A stretch of DNA of 64,000 bases. It comes from a virus. Position numbers and translations under genes: made by a program. Positions 37,339 to 46,059 of this stretch are shown in pieces. The number at the start of each line of letters is the position of its first letter. Position 1 is the stretch's first letter. The stretch is from positions 1 through 64,000 of the IMG/VR virus record IMGVR_UViG_3300050821_003950. One strand, 5' to 3'. The notes under the pieces are model-generated. The model worked only from the letters and a program-made list of their open reading frames with translations, was not told the origin of the DNA and made no database searches.

Positions 37339-39672
37339 GTGTTCGGCTTCGATGCCTTCGACGAAGATCCGTTTGACGGGCTCCCGGCGACAGGCGGAAC
37401 GATCACGCTCTCGCCCGCGGGTATCGCGAGCGACGAGGCGATCTCACCCCTGGTCATGGCGCTCGTCTGCGCGCCCGCGGGCATCGACTCGGCCGAGAAG
37501 CTCGCTCCCGCGAACGTGGCCGATTTCCTCGCCTTCTATCCGATCTCAAGCGAAGAGAGGATCGGTGCGCCGAACATCGGGCCGACGCTCTCGATCTCGG
37601 GCATCGCGAGCGAAGAGAAGGCCGGCGCGGCGAACGTGGGGCCGTCGATCTTGCTCTCGGGCATCCCGACGGCCGAGACGATCAGTCCTTCGAGTCTGAC
37701 GACGGCGCTGTCCCCGAGCGGCATCGCGAGCGACGAGAAATTCGGCGCGCCGAACATCGGCCCCGTTGTCACCGGGACGATTGCGAGCGACGAGAAGATC
37801 GCGGGTTCCTCTCTTTCTGATCTGCTCACCCCCGCGGGCATCGCGTCGAGCGAGACGTTCTCCCCTCCCGATGTCGGGCCAGTTCTCGCGCCCGCTGGCA
37901 TCGCGTCGAGCGAAGCGCTCCCGCCTGCGGGCGTCTACAGCCCGATTACCGGGACGATCGCGAGCGACGAGGCGCTCGCTCCCGTCGACGTTGGACCGGC
38001 ACTCTCTCCCGCGGGCATCGCGACTGCGGAGTCGGTCTCGCCCGAGACGAACACGATCTCGCTTTCGCCGAGCGGCATTGCGCCGGCAGAGGTGCTCGGT
38101 CCCGCGAACTTGGGACCGGCGCTCTCGATTGCTGGCATCGCGAGCAGTGAAGCGGTCTCGCCCTCTGCGCTCACGGCGACGGGGACCATTCCAGGGATCG
38201 CGTCGAGCGAAGCGCTCTCTCCCGCGAAGGTGGGTCCTGTCATGAGCGGGACGATCGCGAGCAACGAATCGCAGAGCGCGCGAAACTCGCCCTCGGGTCT
38301 CACGACGACGATCGCCCCTACGGGGATCGCGTCGGACGAAGCGGTTTCGCCCCCCGCGGGGACGCAGAGCTTGAACATCAGCGGCATCGACTCGGACGAG
38401 GCTCTCGCGCCCGCGATCGTGAGCCCGATCGTGAGCGGCACGATTGCGAGCGAAGAAATCATGAGCGCGTCGGCGCTGACGGCAATCGTGGCTCTCCCCG
38501 GGATCCCGAGCGGCGAAGTGTTTTCGCCCCCGAACATCGGTCCCGTCGTCACCGGGACGATTGCGAGCGACGAGAAGCTAGGCCCGTCGACGTTGGGCCC
38601 GGTCATCGCTCCCGCGGGCATTGCCTCGGCCGAGTCGCACGCGCCCCCGGACGTCGGCCCTGTCATCGCTCCCGCGGGGATCTCGACGGCCGAAGCGGTC
38701 TCGCCCCCGGCGCTCACGTCTACGCTCTCGCCGAGCGGTATTGCGCCGGCCGAGGTGTTCGGTCCGCAGATGACGCTTAGGGTGGCGACGCTCACCGGAA
38801 TTTCGAGCGACGAGAAGCTCGGCAGCGTGACGGAGACGACGACGATCGCCCCCGCTGGCGTCGCATCGAGCGAAGCGGTCTCGCCCCCGGCGCTCACAAT
38901 GACGGCGACTCTTCCCGGTATCGCATCGAGCGAAGCTCTGTCTGGCGCGACCGTCTACAAGCCGATCACCGGGACGATCGCGAGCGACGAGGCGTTCGCG
39001 CCCGTGCGCTCGACCTTCACGCTCGCGCCGAGCGGCATCGCGTCGGCCGAGGCCGTCGGGACGTCGAACGTCGGTCCTGCGCTCGCGCCCGCGGGCATCG
39101 CTTCGGCCGAGGCGCTCGTGTCCGCGCAGCTCAGCATGACGATCGCTCCCGCGGGCATCGCCGCGGGCGAGGCGATCGCGGCTCCCCGGGCGACCGTGTT
39201 CATCTCGCCGGCCGGCATCGGGACCGGGGAAGCTTTCCCGGGGGTGCTCGTCTACTGGCCCCTCGGCGGCACGATCGCGAGCGACGAGGTCATCGGCGGC
39301 GGCGGTAGGTTCACGGTCGAGTATCTGATCATCTACACATTCCGGGTGCGCCTCGACGCGCCGATCTTCGCGCTCCCCCTCGTCGCTCCCCGGGTGCTCG
39401 CGGCGCTCGAAGCCCCCGTAGCGGACCCGCCCGTCGACGCGCCTGTCCTGCGCGCGACGGTCGACGCTCCCGGGGTTGAGGTAACTCTCGCGCAGGCCCG
39501 GATCATGGCCGCCGTCGAGTCAGGCGGCCCGCTGACGACCTCGCTCGAAGCGTTCGACGCCTTGCCCGTCGAGCTTGGCGCGCCCCTTCTGAGGGCGACG
39601 GTTCACGACGCTCCCGCGGTCATCGAGACCGAGCTGTCATCGCCCCCGGCCCTCGTCACCGAGATCGAGTAG
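37339..39672 (+). CDS. repetitive virion protein with many ~20-aa GIASxE repeats
   Basis: MFGFDAF N-terminus; tandem P(A/S)GIAS(S/D)E(A/K) units; second LxAP repeat at C-terminus. Confidence 0.75.
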   Translation: MFGFDAFDEDPFDGLPATGGTITLSPAGIASDEAISPLVMALVCAPAGIDSAEKLAPANVADFLAFYPISSEERIGAPNIGPTLSISGIASEEKAGAANVGPSILLSGIPTAETISPSSLTTALSPSGIASDEKFGAPNIGPVVTGTIASDEKIAGSSLSDLLTPAGIASSETFSPPDVGPVLAPAGIASSEALPPAGVYSPITGTIASDEALAPVDVGPALSPAGIATAESVSPETNTISLSPSGIAPAEVLGPANLGPALSIAGIASSEAVSPSALTATGTIPGIASSEALSPAKVGPVMSGTIASNESQSARNSPSGLTTTIAPTGIASDEAVSPPAGTQSLNISGIDSDEALAPAIVSPIVSGTIASEEIMSASALTAIVALPGIPSGEVFSPPNIGPVVTGTIASDEKLGPSTLGPVIAPAGIASAESHAPPDVGPVIAPAGISTAEAVSPPALTSTLSPSGIAPAEVFGPQMTLRVATLTGISSDEKLGSVTETTTIAPAGVASSEAVSPPALTMTATLPGIASSEALSGATVYKPITGTIASDEAFAPVRSTFTLAPSGIASAEAVGTSNVGPALAPAGIASAEALVSAQLSMTIAPAGIAAGEAIAAPRATVFISPAGIGTGEAFPGVLVYWPLGGTIASDEVIGGGGRFTVEYLIIYTFRVRLDAPIFALPLVAPRVLAALEAPVADPPVDAPVLRATVDAPGVEVTLAQARIMAAVESGGPLTTSLEAFDALPVELGAPLLRATVHDAPAVIETELSSPPALVTEIE

Positions 39673-40016
39673 GATGGTCGCGGGCCGTCGGCGAGGTTGC
39701 GGTGACCGTCGAGGCGCGCGCTCTTTCGAGTCGCTGCGCGGCGCGGCGCCGGGCGATGTCGGCGGCCCGTTTGATCTCAGTGACGAGCGAATGACTCGGG
39801 AATGATATTCGGCGGTTCTCTCGGTGGTTCGCGGGACGGCGCAGGAACATCCACACTTAGAATCGTAACTCTATGAAACTGCGTCTATGACAGTACCGGC
39901 TAGAACGTAGAAAGTGTTTGTATCGGGGGCCTTTTCGGTCTGGAACATTGCGGAGTCATTGGGGAGTCATTGGGATCTACTCACCGGGTGAGGATCATCC
40001 TCACCGAGTGAGGACT

Positions 40017-40313
40017 TCAGTTCGCGAGCCGACGTCGGAGAGCATCGGCCTTCGCCTGCGCGCTCGCGTCGCCGTGCTGCACGCCCCAAGCGGCGAGCGC
40101 TTGGCAGAGCGCGGACTCGGCGGTCACGGCGCGCACCTTCACGCGCTCGTTCCCTCCGTGGAGCGTGACGTAGAAGACCGTCAGCCCGTCGTCCGAGAAG
40201 CCGTGGCATTCGAGGTGCGCGCAAGGCGGCTTCGGAACGCACGACGCCCACGGGAAGCGCCGCGCGAGCTTCGTGCACTCGTCGCCCGTCAACGTGTACG
40301 TGAGCGTCAGCAT
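40017..40313 (-). CDS. hypothetical protein
   Basis: Start overlaps recombinase stop (ATGCTGA). Confidence 0.5.
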   Translation of the reverse strand: MLTLTYTLTGDECTKLARRFPWASCVPKPPCAHLECHGFSDDGLTVFYVTLHGGNERVKVRAVTAESALCQALAAWGVQHGDASAQAKADALRRRLAN

Positions 40314-40921
40314 GGGAGAGACCTTACCGCGAGAAAGACGTCCTCGTCGCTCGGGCTCGTGTAGATCATCGTCGAGTGGATCGACTTGTGGCGCGCGACG
40401 CGCTGCACGAGTCGGATGTCCTTGGTCGCGCGGTAGAGGTTCGAGAGCGCGGTGTGACGGAGACAGTGGAAGTGCAGCTTTCTCTCGAAGCGCGCCTCGA
40501 CTTGCCAGTGACGGAAAATCTGGCGCAGTCGGCGCGGCGTGAGGTGCCCGCCTTGCCGCGAGTGAAAGAGCGCGCCCGCGTCTTCGATCGGGTCGCCCTC
40601 GCTCCGTTTCCAGCGCAGGAACTTTTCGAGCTTGTAGCGTAGGGCGTCGGGCAAGATCGTTTCCTGCGAGGCGAAGTCGAGGTTCGAGCGTTTGAAGACG
40701 CGGAGCGGGAAGCGGCGGCGGATGTTTCCCTTCTCGTCGCGAACGTCGCCGACGGAGAGCGCCGCGATCTCGTGCTCGCGCAGCCCCGTCCCGAGCGCGA
40801 CCGAGAAGATGACATGATCGCGGAAGCCGTCTTTGTGCTCGCCCGTCGTCTTGAGGAGCGCGACCTGTTCGTCGTGCGTGAGCGTGTTCGGTGGTTTTCG
40901 GATCGAGTCGACGTAGCTCAT
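40307..40921 (-). CDS. tyrosine recombinase, catalytic domain only (XerC/D/FimB-like)
   Basis: TGLREHE (R), K, HCLRH (HxxR), RH, TMIY (Y); 204 aa with no arm-binding N-domain. Confidence 0.92.
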   Translation of the reverse strand: MSYVDSIRKPPNTLTHDEQVALLKTTGEHKDGFRDHVIFSVALGTGLREHEIAALSVGDVRDEKGNIRRRFPLRVFKRSNLDFASQETILPDALRYKLEKFLRWKRSEGDPIEDAGALFHSRQGGHLTPRRLRQIFRHWQVEARFERKLHFHCLRHTALSNLYRATKDIRLVQRVARHKSIHSTMIYTSPSDEDVFLAVRSLPC

Positions 40922-40931
40922 CGGGGTCCTT

Positions 40932-41300
40932 TCAGCACGGCAGTTTTCGGACAGCGTTCACGAGTTCATCGGACTCGAAGACGACGCGCGACTTCAGCGT
41001 CACTCGGATCGGGTTCGCTCGGCCCTGATTGAGCAGCTTCTCGCCGCGTCTACGGTACGATTTGATCTTCGCTCTTTCGATCCGGCAACCGTCGTGGACG
41101 TTGTCGGCGTGTCCGATGGCGCGAATGATGGGTCGAAGCCCGTGTGCGGCAAGCTCTCTGAACCATCTTTCGAGAGCCCGCGTCGACGAGGCGAGGTGTC
41201 CGTAGAGCCGATCTTTTAGACTGCGCGCGGTACAGCCGACGTAGCGCACGCGTCGCGTTCTCGGGTCAACGAGTACGTAGATCGTGACGTCGTATGTCAT
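40932..41300 (-). CDS. GIY-YIG endonuclease
   Basis: TIYVLVDPR...RYVGCT...R...H...E...LLN. Confidence 0.8.
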   Translation of the reverse strand: MTYDVTIYVLVDPRTRRVRYVGCTARSLKDRLYGHLASSTRALERWFRELAAHGLRPIIRAIGHADNVHDGCRIERAKIKSYRRRGEKLLNQGRANPIRVTLKSRVVFESDELVNAVRKLPC

Positions 41301-41377
41301 CACTGGCAATGTATCAAAGCGGAAACTGAAGTCAAGCGGCGTGCACGACGAACGCGCTTGGGATAGGCTGCGAAGCG

Positions 41378-42859
41378 ATGGAGCAGACGCAAGCGGTCGC
41401 CGACCCGGCGCGGCGCATTCAGACGCTCATCGTCGTGAAGCGGACCGAGGCCGAGTTTCAGGATTGGATTGCGACCGAGCCCGGGTTCTTGACGACCTTC
41501 GGGTCCTACGACGAGGAGCCGATTCAGCTCGAACCCTATCAGCTCGCCTTCATGAGCTGCGACGCGCCCTTCCGCAGCGTCGAGAAGTCGCGGCAAGTCG
41601 GCTACTCGTGGATGTTCGCGGGCGAGACGCTCGCGCGCTCGCACCTTCGCGATCAGTACACGGGGATCTTCGTCTCGTACAATCTCGCCGACGCGAAGGA
41701 GAAGATCGCCTACGTGCAGCAAATGCACGAAGAGCTTCCTCTCGAATTTCAGAAGAAGAAGGTCACCGACTCGAAGCTAGAGATCGCGTTCCAATCGAAC
41801 GGCGCGCACCGTCGCGTCTCGCGCATCATCTCGAACCCGAGCAAGGCGCCCCGAGGAAAGAAGGGCGACATCTATCTCGACGAGCTGGCGCACTGCTCCA
41901 ACGACAAGGAAATCTACAAGGGCTCGACTGCGCTGATCATCCGTGCGACTGGCTCTCAGCTCACCGTGTGCTCGTCGCCGCTCGGCCGCCGCGGCGTGTT
42001 CTGGGAGATCGCGCGCCAAGAGATCAAGCCCTATCCCGGCTACTGGCGGCAAGCGGTGCCGTGGTGGCTCTGCTCGATCATGTGCAAGGACATCGTCCTC
42101 GCCTCGCGCGAAGCGCCGAAGATGCAGACGGCCGATCGTGTCGCGCGCTTCGGCACGAAGAAGATCAAAGACCAGTTCGAGGCGCTGCTCATCGAGGACT
42201 TTCAGGAAGAGTTCGAGTGCGTCTACTCCGACGAGACGCTGACCTTCTTCCCCTACGAGCTGATCATCCCGTGCACCGATCCCGATGCCGAGCTTTGCGA
42301 AGACTTCGCCGACGTGAGGAAGAAGGCGAAGGGTCGGCTCGTGGCCGCCTACGACGTCGGCCGCAAGCGAGACCGATCCGAGCTGACGATCTGGGACGAT
42401 CGCGACTACGAGATCGAGATGATGCTCGCGCGCACTTACGAGCGCACTCCGTTCGCCGATCAGAAGAACGACCTCATCGCCATGATGACGATCCTCCCGA
42501 TCGCGCGGCTCTCGATCGACAACACCGGGATCGGAATGAATTTGGCCGAGGACGTCGAGGCCGAGTTCCCCGCCGCGGTCGTGCGCGAGGACTTCACGTC
42601 GGCGGTCAAAGAGGTGTGGTGCACCGACTTCAAGATCGGCTTGCAGAAGAAGCGGATCAAGATGCCGCGCGAGCGCGACCTCATCGCGCAGATCCATTCG
42701 ATCAAGAAGAACGTCACGCCGGGCGGCCGAGTGACCTTCGACGCCGAGCGCGACGCGAAGGGGCACGCGGATAAGTTCTGGTCCTGCGCGATGGCGTGCC
42801 GTAAAGAGAGGGGCGAGCTGCAAGTCGAGAGCAGTGTTCGCGCGCGCGTGTTCGGATGA
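41378..42859 (+). CDS. terL: terminase large subunit (Mu gp28/terminase_6-like)
   Basis: KSRQVGYSW, YLDE, SSP.G, F.EEFEC, YDVGRKRD, IDNTGIG, HADKFW. Confidence 0.93.
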   Translation: MEQTQAVADPARRIQTLIVVKRTEAEFQDWIATEPGFLTTFGSYDEEPIQLEPYQLAFMSCDAPFRSVEKSRQVGYSWMFAGETLARSHLRDQYTGIFVSYNLADAKEKIAYVQQMHEELPLEFQKKKVTDSKLEIAFQSNGAHRRVSRIISNPSKAPRGKKGDIYLDELAHCSNDKEIYKGSTALIIRATGSQLTVCSSPLGRRGVFWEIARQEIKPYPGYWRQAVPWWLCSIMCKDIVLASREAPKMQTADRVARFGTKKIKDQFEALLIEDFQEEFECVYSDETLTFFPYELIIPCTDPDAELCEDFADVRKKAKGRLVAAYDVGRKRDRSELTIWDDRDYEIEMMLARTYERTPFADQKNDLIAMMTILPIARLSIDNTGIGMNLAEDVEAEFPAAVVREDFTSAVKEVWCTDFKIGLQKKRIKMPRERDLIAQIHSIKKNVTPGGRVTFDAERDAKGHADKFWSCAMACRKERGELQVESSVRARVFG

Positions 42860-43074
42860 GTGCTAACGCCCCCAAGCTCGCCGCGGCTCGGCAGTCGGAG
42901 CCCGAGACCGAAGAGGTCATCGATCGCAAGCGGGCCGAGGGGCTCGCGCGCGTGGGTCGGCTCATCGCGCGGTTGCAGTCGAGCGGCTACTACGGCAAGG
43001 TGACCGTCTCGATGCAGAACGGCAAGGTCGTCGAGGTGCGGACTGAACAAGTGCTCGGGCTCGCCGATTTCTAG
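42856..43074 (+). CDS. small DUF2292-like protein
   Basis: YYGKVTVSMQNGKVVEVRTEQ. Confidence 0.6.
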   Translation: MSANAPKLAAARQSEPETEEVIDRKRAEGLARVGRLIARLQSSGYYGKVTVSMQNGKVVEVRTEQVLGLADF

Positions 43075-43080
43075 GATAGG

Positions 43081-43410
43081 ATGGGCGCGATGGGACCGCA
43101 GACTTGGACCGTGAAGCTCTTCGAGGCGCGCACGTCCGTCGAGTTCTCGAAGACGAAGAAGGCGGCCGATCCGATCGAGACCTTCGGCGTGTCGGCGGCC
43201 GGGTCCGATGCAGCGAAAGCCGCGGCGCGGTCGTGGCTCAAGTCACGCGGTCACACGGTGCGGACGATCGGCGTGTCGGCGTCGAAGGACGATAAGCGAA
43301 CCCTGATCGTCTACGTGAAAGCCGGCTCGGGTTCGGAGTCGCGCGCGTTCCTGGCCGCGCAGGCGGCGAAGAGAGTACCCCACGGACTGCCCCCGAAGAG
43401 GACCGCATGA
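43081..43410 (+). CDS. hypothetical protein
   Basis: ORF in head module. Confidence 0.5.
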   Translation: MGAMGPQTWTVKLFEARTSVEFSKTKKAADPIETFGVSAAGSDAAKAAARSWLKSRGHTVRTIGVSASKDDKRTLIVYVKAGSGSESRAFLAAQAAKRVPHGLPPKRTA

Positions 43411-43805
43411 AACGACAGTCGCAGCAAATCGCGCCGCTCCCGAACATCGCCTACAACGCGGGCGGCGGGACGATCAACGCGCCCGCGGCGGGCTCGACGA
43501 GCACACCTCTCGACGTCAGCCCCGGGCGTGACGGGTTCTCGTTGCAGGTCGAGGCGCCCGGCGCGTCTTCGACGTTCGCCGTCGACGGCTCGCTCGACGA
43601 GGGCAAGACGTGGGTGGATCTCTCGTCGTCGATGACGAATCTCGGCGCGGCCGACGCGGTCATCACGCCACCCATCGCCGCGGCGGGCATCTACCAGTTC
43701 CCGCACAACTTCCCCGGTATGGCGCGAGTGCGATGCCTCGTCGTCACGGGCAGTACGCCGGGCAGCGCGTATCTGAGCTTCCAAGACTCGCGAGTCTCTC
43801 AGTAA
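43407..43805 (+). CDS. putative virion beta-sandwich protein
   Basis: VDGSLDEGKTW motif common in phage decoration proteins. Confidence 0.55.
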   Translation: MKRQSQQIAPLPNIAYNAGGGTINAPAAGSTSTPLDVSPGRDGFSLQVEAPGASSTFAVDGSLDEGKTWVDLSSSMTNLGAADAVITPPIAAAGIYQFPHNFPGMARVRCLVVTGSTPGSAYLSFQDSRVSQ

Positions 43806-43814
43806 AGGCCGCAC

Positions 43815-45782
43815 GTGGCGGCTCGCACCTCGCTCCCGAACGCGCGCGAAGTCTCCAAGGGCTTCGACGCGATGGTCGCCGACGTCCACGCGCGCGTGAT
43901 CGAAGCTCGCACGCTCACGACGGCGGACGCGATCATGCACGGCGCGACGGGGCCGATGGTCGTCGCGAAGGCGGGCGGCATCGGCGAGCCCGACGAGAGC
44001 ACGGGAACGAACCAAGTCACCCGCGACGACTACGCGACCGCGTTCACGAACCTCGGCGCGATCGACCCGGTCTACGACCCCGAGATGCTCGCGCTGCTCT
44101 TCGAGCATTCGAACAGCCTTCGGCAGAACGTCGACTCTTACGCGGTGAACATCGAAGGCTTCGGTCATCGCTTCGACCCGCTCTTCGACCTCTCGGCCAA
44201 GAACATCGATCAGCGACTCGGCGACGCAATCTTCACCGATCGTCAGCGCGCGCTCGACGAGGCGGCCGAGCCGACGGACGCGAAGTACCCGACGCCCGAA
44301 GAGATCGCCGAGAAGAAGAAGGAGATCGAACGCATCATGCGGATGGAGAAAATCCGCCTGACGCACTTCTTCGAGTATTGCTCGCCCGACACGAGCTTCG
44401 TCACCCTGCGCAAAAAGACGCGTCAGGATCTCGAAGTGATGGGGAACGCCTATTGGGAGATCCTCCGCAACCGCGGCGGGCAGATCGTTCAGTTCGTCTA
44501 CATGGCGGGCTTCACGATGCGACTGCTCCCGCTCGACATGGATCCCGTCGTCGTCTCGCACAAGATCCGCGTGAGCGATCTTTCCTTCGACGAGGTCACC
44601 TATTCGACGCGGCTTCGCCGCTACGTGCAGGTCGTCGAGGGGCGCGCGGTCTTCTTCAAAGAGCTGGGCGATCCGCGCATCATCTCGTCGCAGAGCGGCG
44701 CCGTGTTCAACGATCTTGATCAGCTCGCGCGCATCGAGCCGAATGTGCGGCCCGCGAACGAGCTTCTGCACTTTCGGATTCACTCGCCTCGCTCGCCCTA
44801 CGGCGTGCCGCGATGGATCGGCAACCTTCTCGCGGTCATCGGCTCGCGCCAAGCCGAAGAGGTGAACTTCAACTACTTCGAGAACAAGAGCGTCCCGCCG
44901 CTCGCGATCCTCGTCTCGGGCGGGCGCATGTCGCAGTCGTCCGTCGACCGCGTGACCGACTACATCGAGGCGAACCTCAAGGGGAAGCGCAACTTCCACA
45001 AGATCCTAGTTCTCGAAGCCGAGGCGGCGACGGGCGGCAAGGCGAGCGACGCGAACACCGCGAAGATGAAGATCGCGATCCAACCGCTCACCGGGGCGCA
45101 GCACACCGACGCGCTCTTTCAGAATTACGACGAGCGGAACATCGACAAGGTCGGGCAGAGCTTCCGACTCCCGCGCATGCTCCGCGGCGACATCCGAGAC
45201 TTCAACCGCTCGACGGCGGACGCCGCGCTCGTGTTCGCCGAGATGCAGGTCTTCGAGCCCGAGCGTCAAGAGTTCGACTTCATCCTGAACCGCAAGATCC
45301 TCTCAATGATCGGCGTCCGATTCTGGCGGCTCGTCTCGCTCGCGCCCGTGATGCGCGACCCGGTCGCCATGGCGGCGATCCTGAAAGACCTCGCGAACGC
45401 GGGCGTGCTCATGCCCGAGGAGTCGCGCGAGCTGGCGGGCGACGTCTTCAATCGCGAGTTCAAGCATCTCGGCGCGGACTGGACGAAGCAACCGATCGCG
45501 CTCAGCGTGGCGGGCGTGCCCGTGCAGCGCGAAGGCGTGACGCCCGAGCCTACGGGACCGAGAGAGCCGACCGACGAGCAAGGATGGGGCGAAGACGAGA
45601 TCGCGCCCGATCTGCACGAGGGGCAAGGCATCGAAGCGCGACTTCGTAAGAGCTTCAAGGGCGCGCGTCTGCGCGAGGTGCGAAAGCTCCTCGCGATGCG
45701 AAAGGCGCTCAAGCTCGTCGCGCACGACGAGTGGATCGCTCGGCTCACGGCGGAAGCCAAGAGCGACGCTGCCGCGGAGTAA
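43815..45782 (+). CDS. portal protein (PBSX-like)
   Basis: GNAYWEI.RN, ELLHF, YGVPRW, YFEN..VP, FRLP...G. Confidence 0.9.
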   Translation: MAARTSLPNAREVSKGFDAMVADVHARVIEARTLTTADAIMHGATGPMVVAKAGGIGEPDESTGTNQVTRDDYATAFTNLGAIDPVYDPEMLALLFEHSNSLRQNVDSYAVNIEGFGHRFDPLFDLSAKNIDQRLGDAIFTDRQRALDEAAEPTDAKYPTPEEIAEKKKEIERIMRMEKIRLTHFFEYCSPDTSFVTLRKKTRQDLEVMGNAYWEILRNRGGQIVQFVYMAGFTMRLLPLDMDPVVVSHKIRVSDLSFDEVTYSTRLRRYVQVVEGRAVFFKELGDPRIISSQSGAVFNDLDQLARIEPNVRPANELLHFRIHSPRSPYGVPRWIGNLLAVIGSRQAEEVNFNYFENKSVPPLAILVSGGRMSQSSVDRVTDYIEANLKGKRNFHKILVLEAEAATGGKASDANTAKMKIAIQPLTGAQHTDALFQNYDERNIDKVGQSFRLPRMLRGDIRDFNRSTADAALVFAEMQVFEPERQEFDFILNRKILSMIGVRFWRLVSLAPVMRDPVAMAAILKDLANAGVLMPEESRELAGDVFNREFKHLGADWTKQPIALSVAGVPVQREGVTPEPTGPREPTDEQGWGEDEIAPDLHEGQGIEARLRKSFKGARLREVRKLLAMRKALKLVAHDEWIARLTAEAKSDAAAE

Positions 45783-45786
45783 GCCC

Positions 45787-46059
45787 GTGCGCGTCAAGCG
45801 CTGCTACATGAAGTGCGCGCTCCGTCTCGCCGCGTGCGAGGTGAAGCGGATCCCGGTGAAGAACCTGCTCATCTTGAGCGGCTACTACGTCGGATGTCCC
45901 GCGTGCGGACGATCGATGACGGTCTCGACGACGCGCGCGCCCATCGTTGAAGAGGGGCTCGACCCGGGCGAGACGCCGCTCTTGTCGCTCGGCCCCGTTC
46001 CGTGCGAATCGTGCGGAGTCGTGTTCAAGATCCTCCGAGACGAGGTGTCCCTTGTTTGA
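45787..46059 (+). CDS. Zn-ribbon protein
   Basis: CPACG...CESCG. Confidence 0.55.
   Translation: MRVKRCYMKCALRLAACEVKRIPVKNLLILSGYYVGCPACGRSMTVSTTRAPIVEEGLDPGETPLLSLGPVPCESCGVVFKILRDEVSLV

Noticed and set aside
37339-39672. Diversity-generating retroelement or DNA-level repeat array
   Set aside because: Repeats are degenerate protein-level repeats; no reverse transcriptase or TR/VR pair seen
39673-40921. Prophage boundary (attL/attR) at the recombinase
   Set aside because: Phage genes continue on both sides; no host housekeeping genes or tRNA in the window
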